A DNA stretch of 64,000 nt from Leucoraja erinacea. Its lineage: Eukaryota. The notes below the pieces were generated by a model. The model did no database searches. It was not told where the DNA came from and worked only from the letters and a program-made list of their open reading frames with translations. Every line of letters begins with the position of its first letter. Position 1 is the stretch's first letter. Positions 62,660 to 64,000 of the stretch are shown one piece after another. The stretch spans positions 9,734,001-9,798,000 of the forward strand of contig NC_073379.1 of NCBI RefSeq assembly GCF_028641065.1, in the 5' to 3' direction. The position numbers and the translations under genes were made by a program.

Positions 62660-64000
62660 GGCGATCTTCGATTCCGGGTGTCATTTAGTCAGTTTTTGGT
62701 GAAGTGAAGAGAGAGGCAGAGGAGCCTCCCTTCCCGTATGCAGTGGTGGGATGTGGGAAAGGATTACGTCTCTCTTTGTCAGGATGGATTTAAGGGAGAG
62801 TTAGATAGAGCTCTAGGGGCTAGTGGAGTCAAGGGATATGGGGAGAAGGCAGGCATGGGTTATTGATAGGGGACGATCAGCCATGACCACATTGAATGGC
62901 GGTGCTGGCTCGAAGGGCTGAATGGCCTCCTCCTGCACCTAGTTTCTATGTTTCTATGAATACACCTGGGGCTCGACAAGAAGGCGGGACATGGCGGTCG
63001 AGCGACTCAAGAGGGAGTTACTCGATGCAGAGTGTCGCTTGGGGCAGATTGGAGAGGATTCTTGTGAGTGGGGAGAGTATCAGGAGAGGAAGGGGGCTTG
63101 AGGGAGTTGCAGCTTGAGTGGACCCAAGGTGCTTACACGAGGTCGCGGGTCCAGATGCTGCACGATCTGGACCGAGCTTCACCTTTCCTTTTCTCTCTGG
63201 AGAAAGTGCGAGGACCTCGCAAACAGCTCGTCAAGCTGCTCATGGATGATGGCTCCTCTGTTACAGATCCATAGAAGATCAGTGCTTCAGTCCGGTCCTT
63301 TTGTGGGTGTCTGTTCTCCGCAGATGGATTCAGCGGGGAGGCTCAGCGGGTCCTGTGGGAGGGTCTACCGACTGTAGATAGATATGCGTTTGAACTCCTT
63401 GATGATCCCTTATAATTGGAGAAGTTGACTCGTGCCCTGTACCAGCTCAGGAGGGGCAAGTACCCAGGGCTGAATGGGCTGACGGTAGAGTTTTGTTACA
63501 GCCTTCTGGGGCGTCCTGGGGGATGATTACATGAAGGTCCTGGGGAAGAGCCTGGCGACCGGGGAGTCATCGTCCTGCTGCCCAAGAGGGCAATCTCCAC
63601 CTGTTGGCCAACTGGCACCTGGTCTCTCCCCTCTGTACTTTGTATAACGTTTTTGCACGGGGAATGGCAAATAGTCTGGGCTCCGTGCTGTCCATTATCC
63701 TGGCCGGTCCATTCAGGATAACATCCACCTGGTTAGGGACCTGATTAATCTATCTCAGGGAACTGGTCACTCAGCTGCTTTTCTGTCCCTTGATCAGGAG
63801 AAGGCATTTGACAGGGTAGACCAAGACTACCTCTTGCGGAAGATGCGAGCGTTCAGATTTGGACCGCATTTTATGGCCCGGGTCCGGCTTTTGTACGCCG
63901 CAGCGGAGAGTCTCGTGAATATTAGCGGTGCATTGTTGGCTCCTATTTATTTTGGGGGAGGGGTACGCCAGGGGTGCCCAATGTCTGGTCAGTTGTACTC
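62660..64000 (+). mobile_element. Second Tx1-like LINE (decayed, runs off the right edge), containing a CR1 tail insert (~62783-62958)
   Basis: GAYTRSRVQMLHDLDRASPFLFSLEK; LSLDQEKAFDRVD; GVRQGCPMSGQLY; inverted paralog of ~59960-60690. Confidence 0.8.

Overview
Repeat-rich vertebrate genomic DNA, most likely a cartilaginous fish (skate/ray; inferred from HE1-type SINE, CR1 with (TTTCTATG)n tails and Penelope-type short repeats). One host gene is supported: an SLC43A3-like (equilibrative nucleobase transporter) gene on the minus strand, reconstructed by hand as 12 phase-consistent coding exons (48811 to 11646; 2106 nt, 701 aa). It has an unusually large 695-nt charged-loop exon and one intron that only works with a GC-AG donor. 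Most of the rest is transposon-derived: young and old CR1, L2, Tx1, Rex1-like, a Mag-type Gypsy LTR element, DIRS-type remnants, Penelope-like pieces and non-autonomous DNA transposons/MITEs. Highlights: a five-level nested insertion (Tx1 > L2 > CR1 > Gypsy > Penelope-type short element) with resolvable junctions; ~100-130-bp inserts with 12-bp target duplications and a minimal hammerhead-like motif; an inverted ~0.7-kb paralogous segment showing both empty and DIRS-filled sites; and inverted repeat pairs bracketing exons 7-9. I found no clearly new multi-gene system. All family calls come from recognising motifs by eye, not from database searches.
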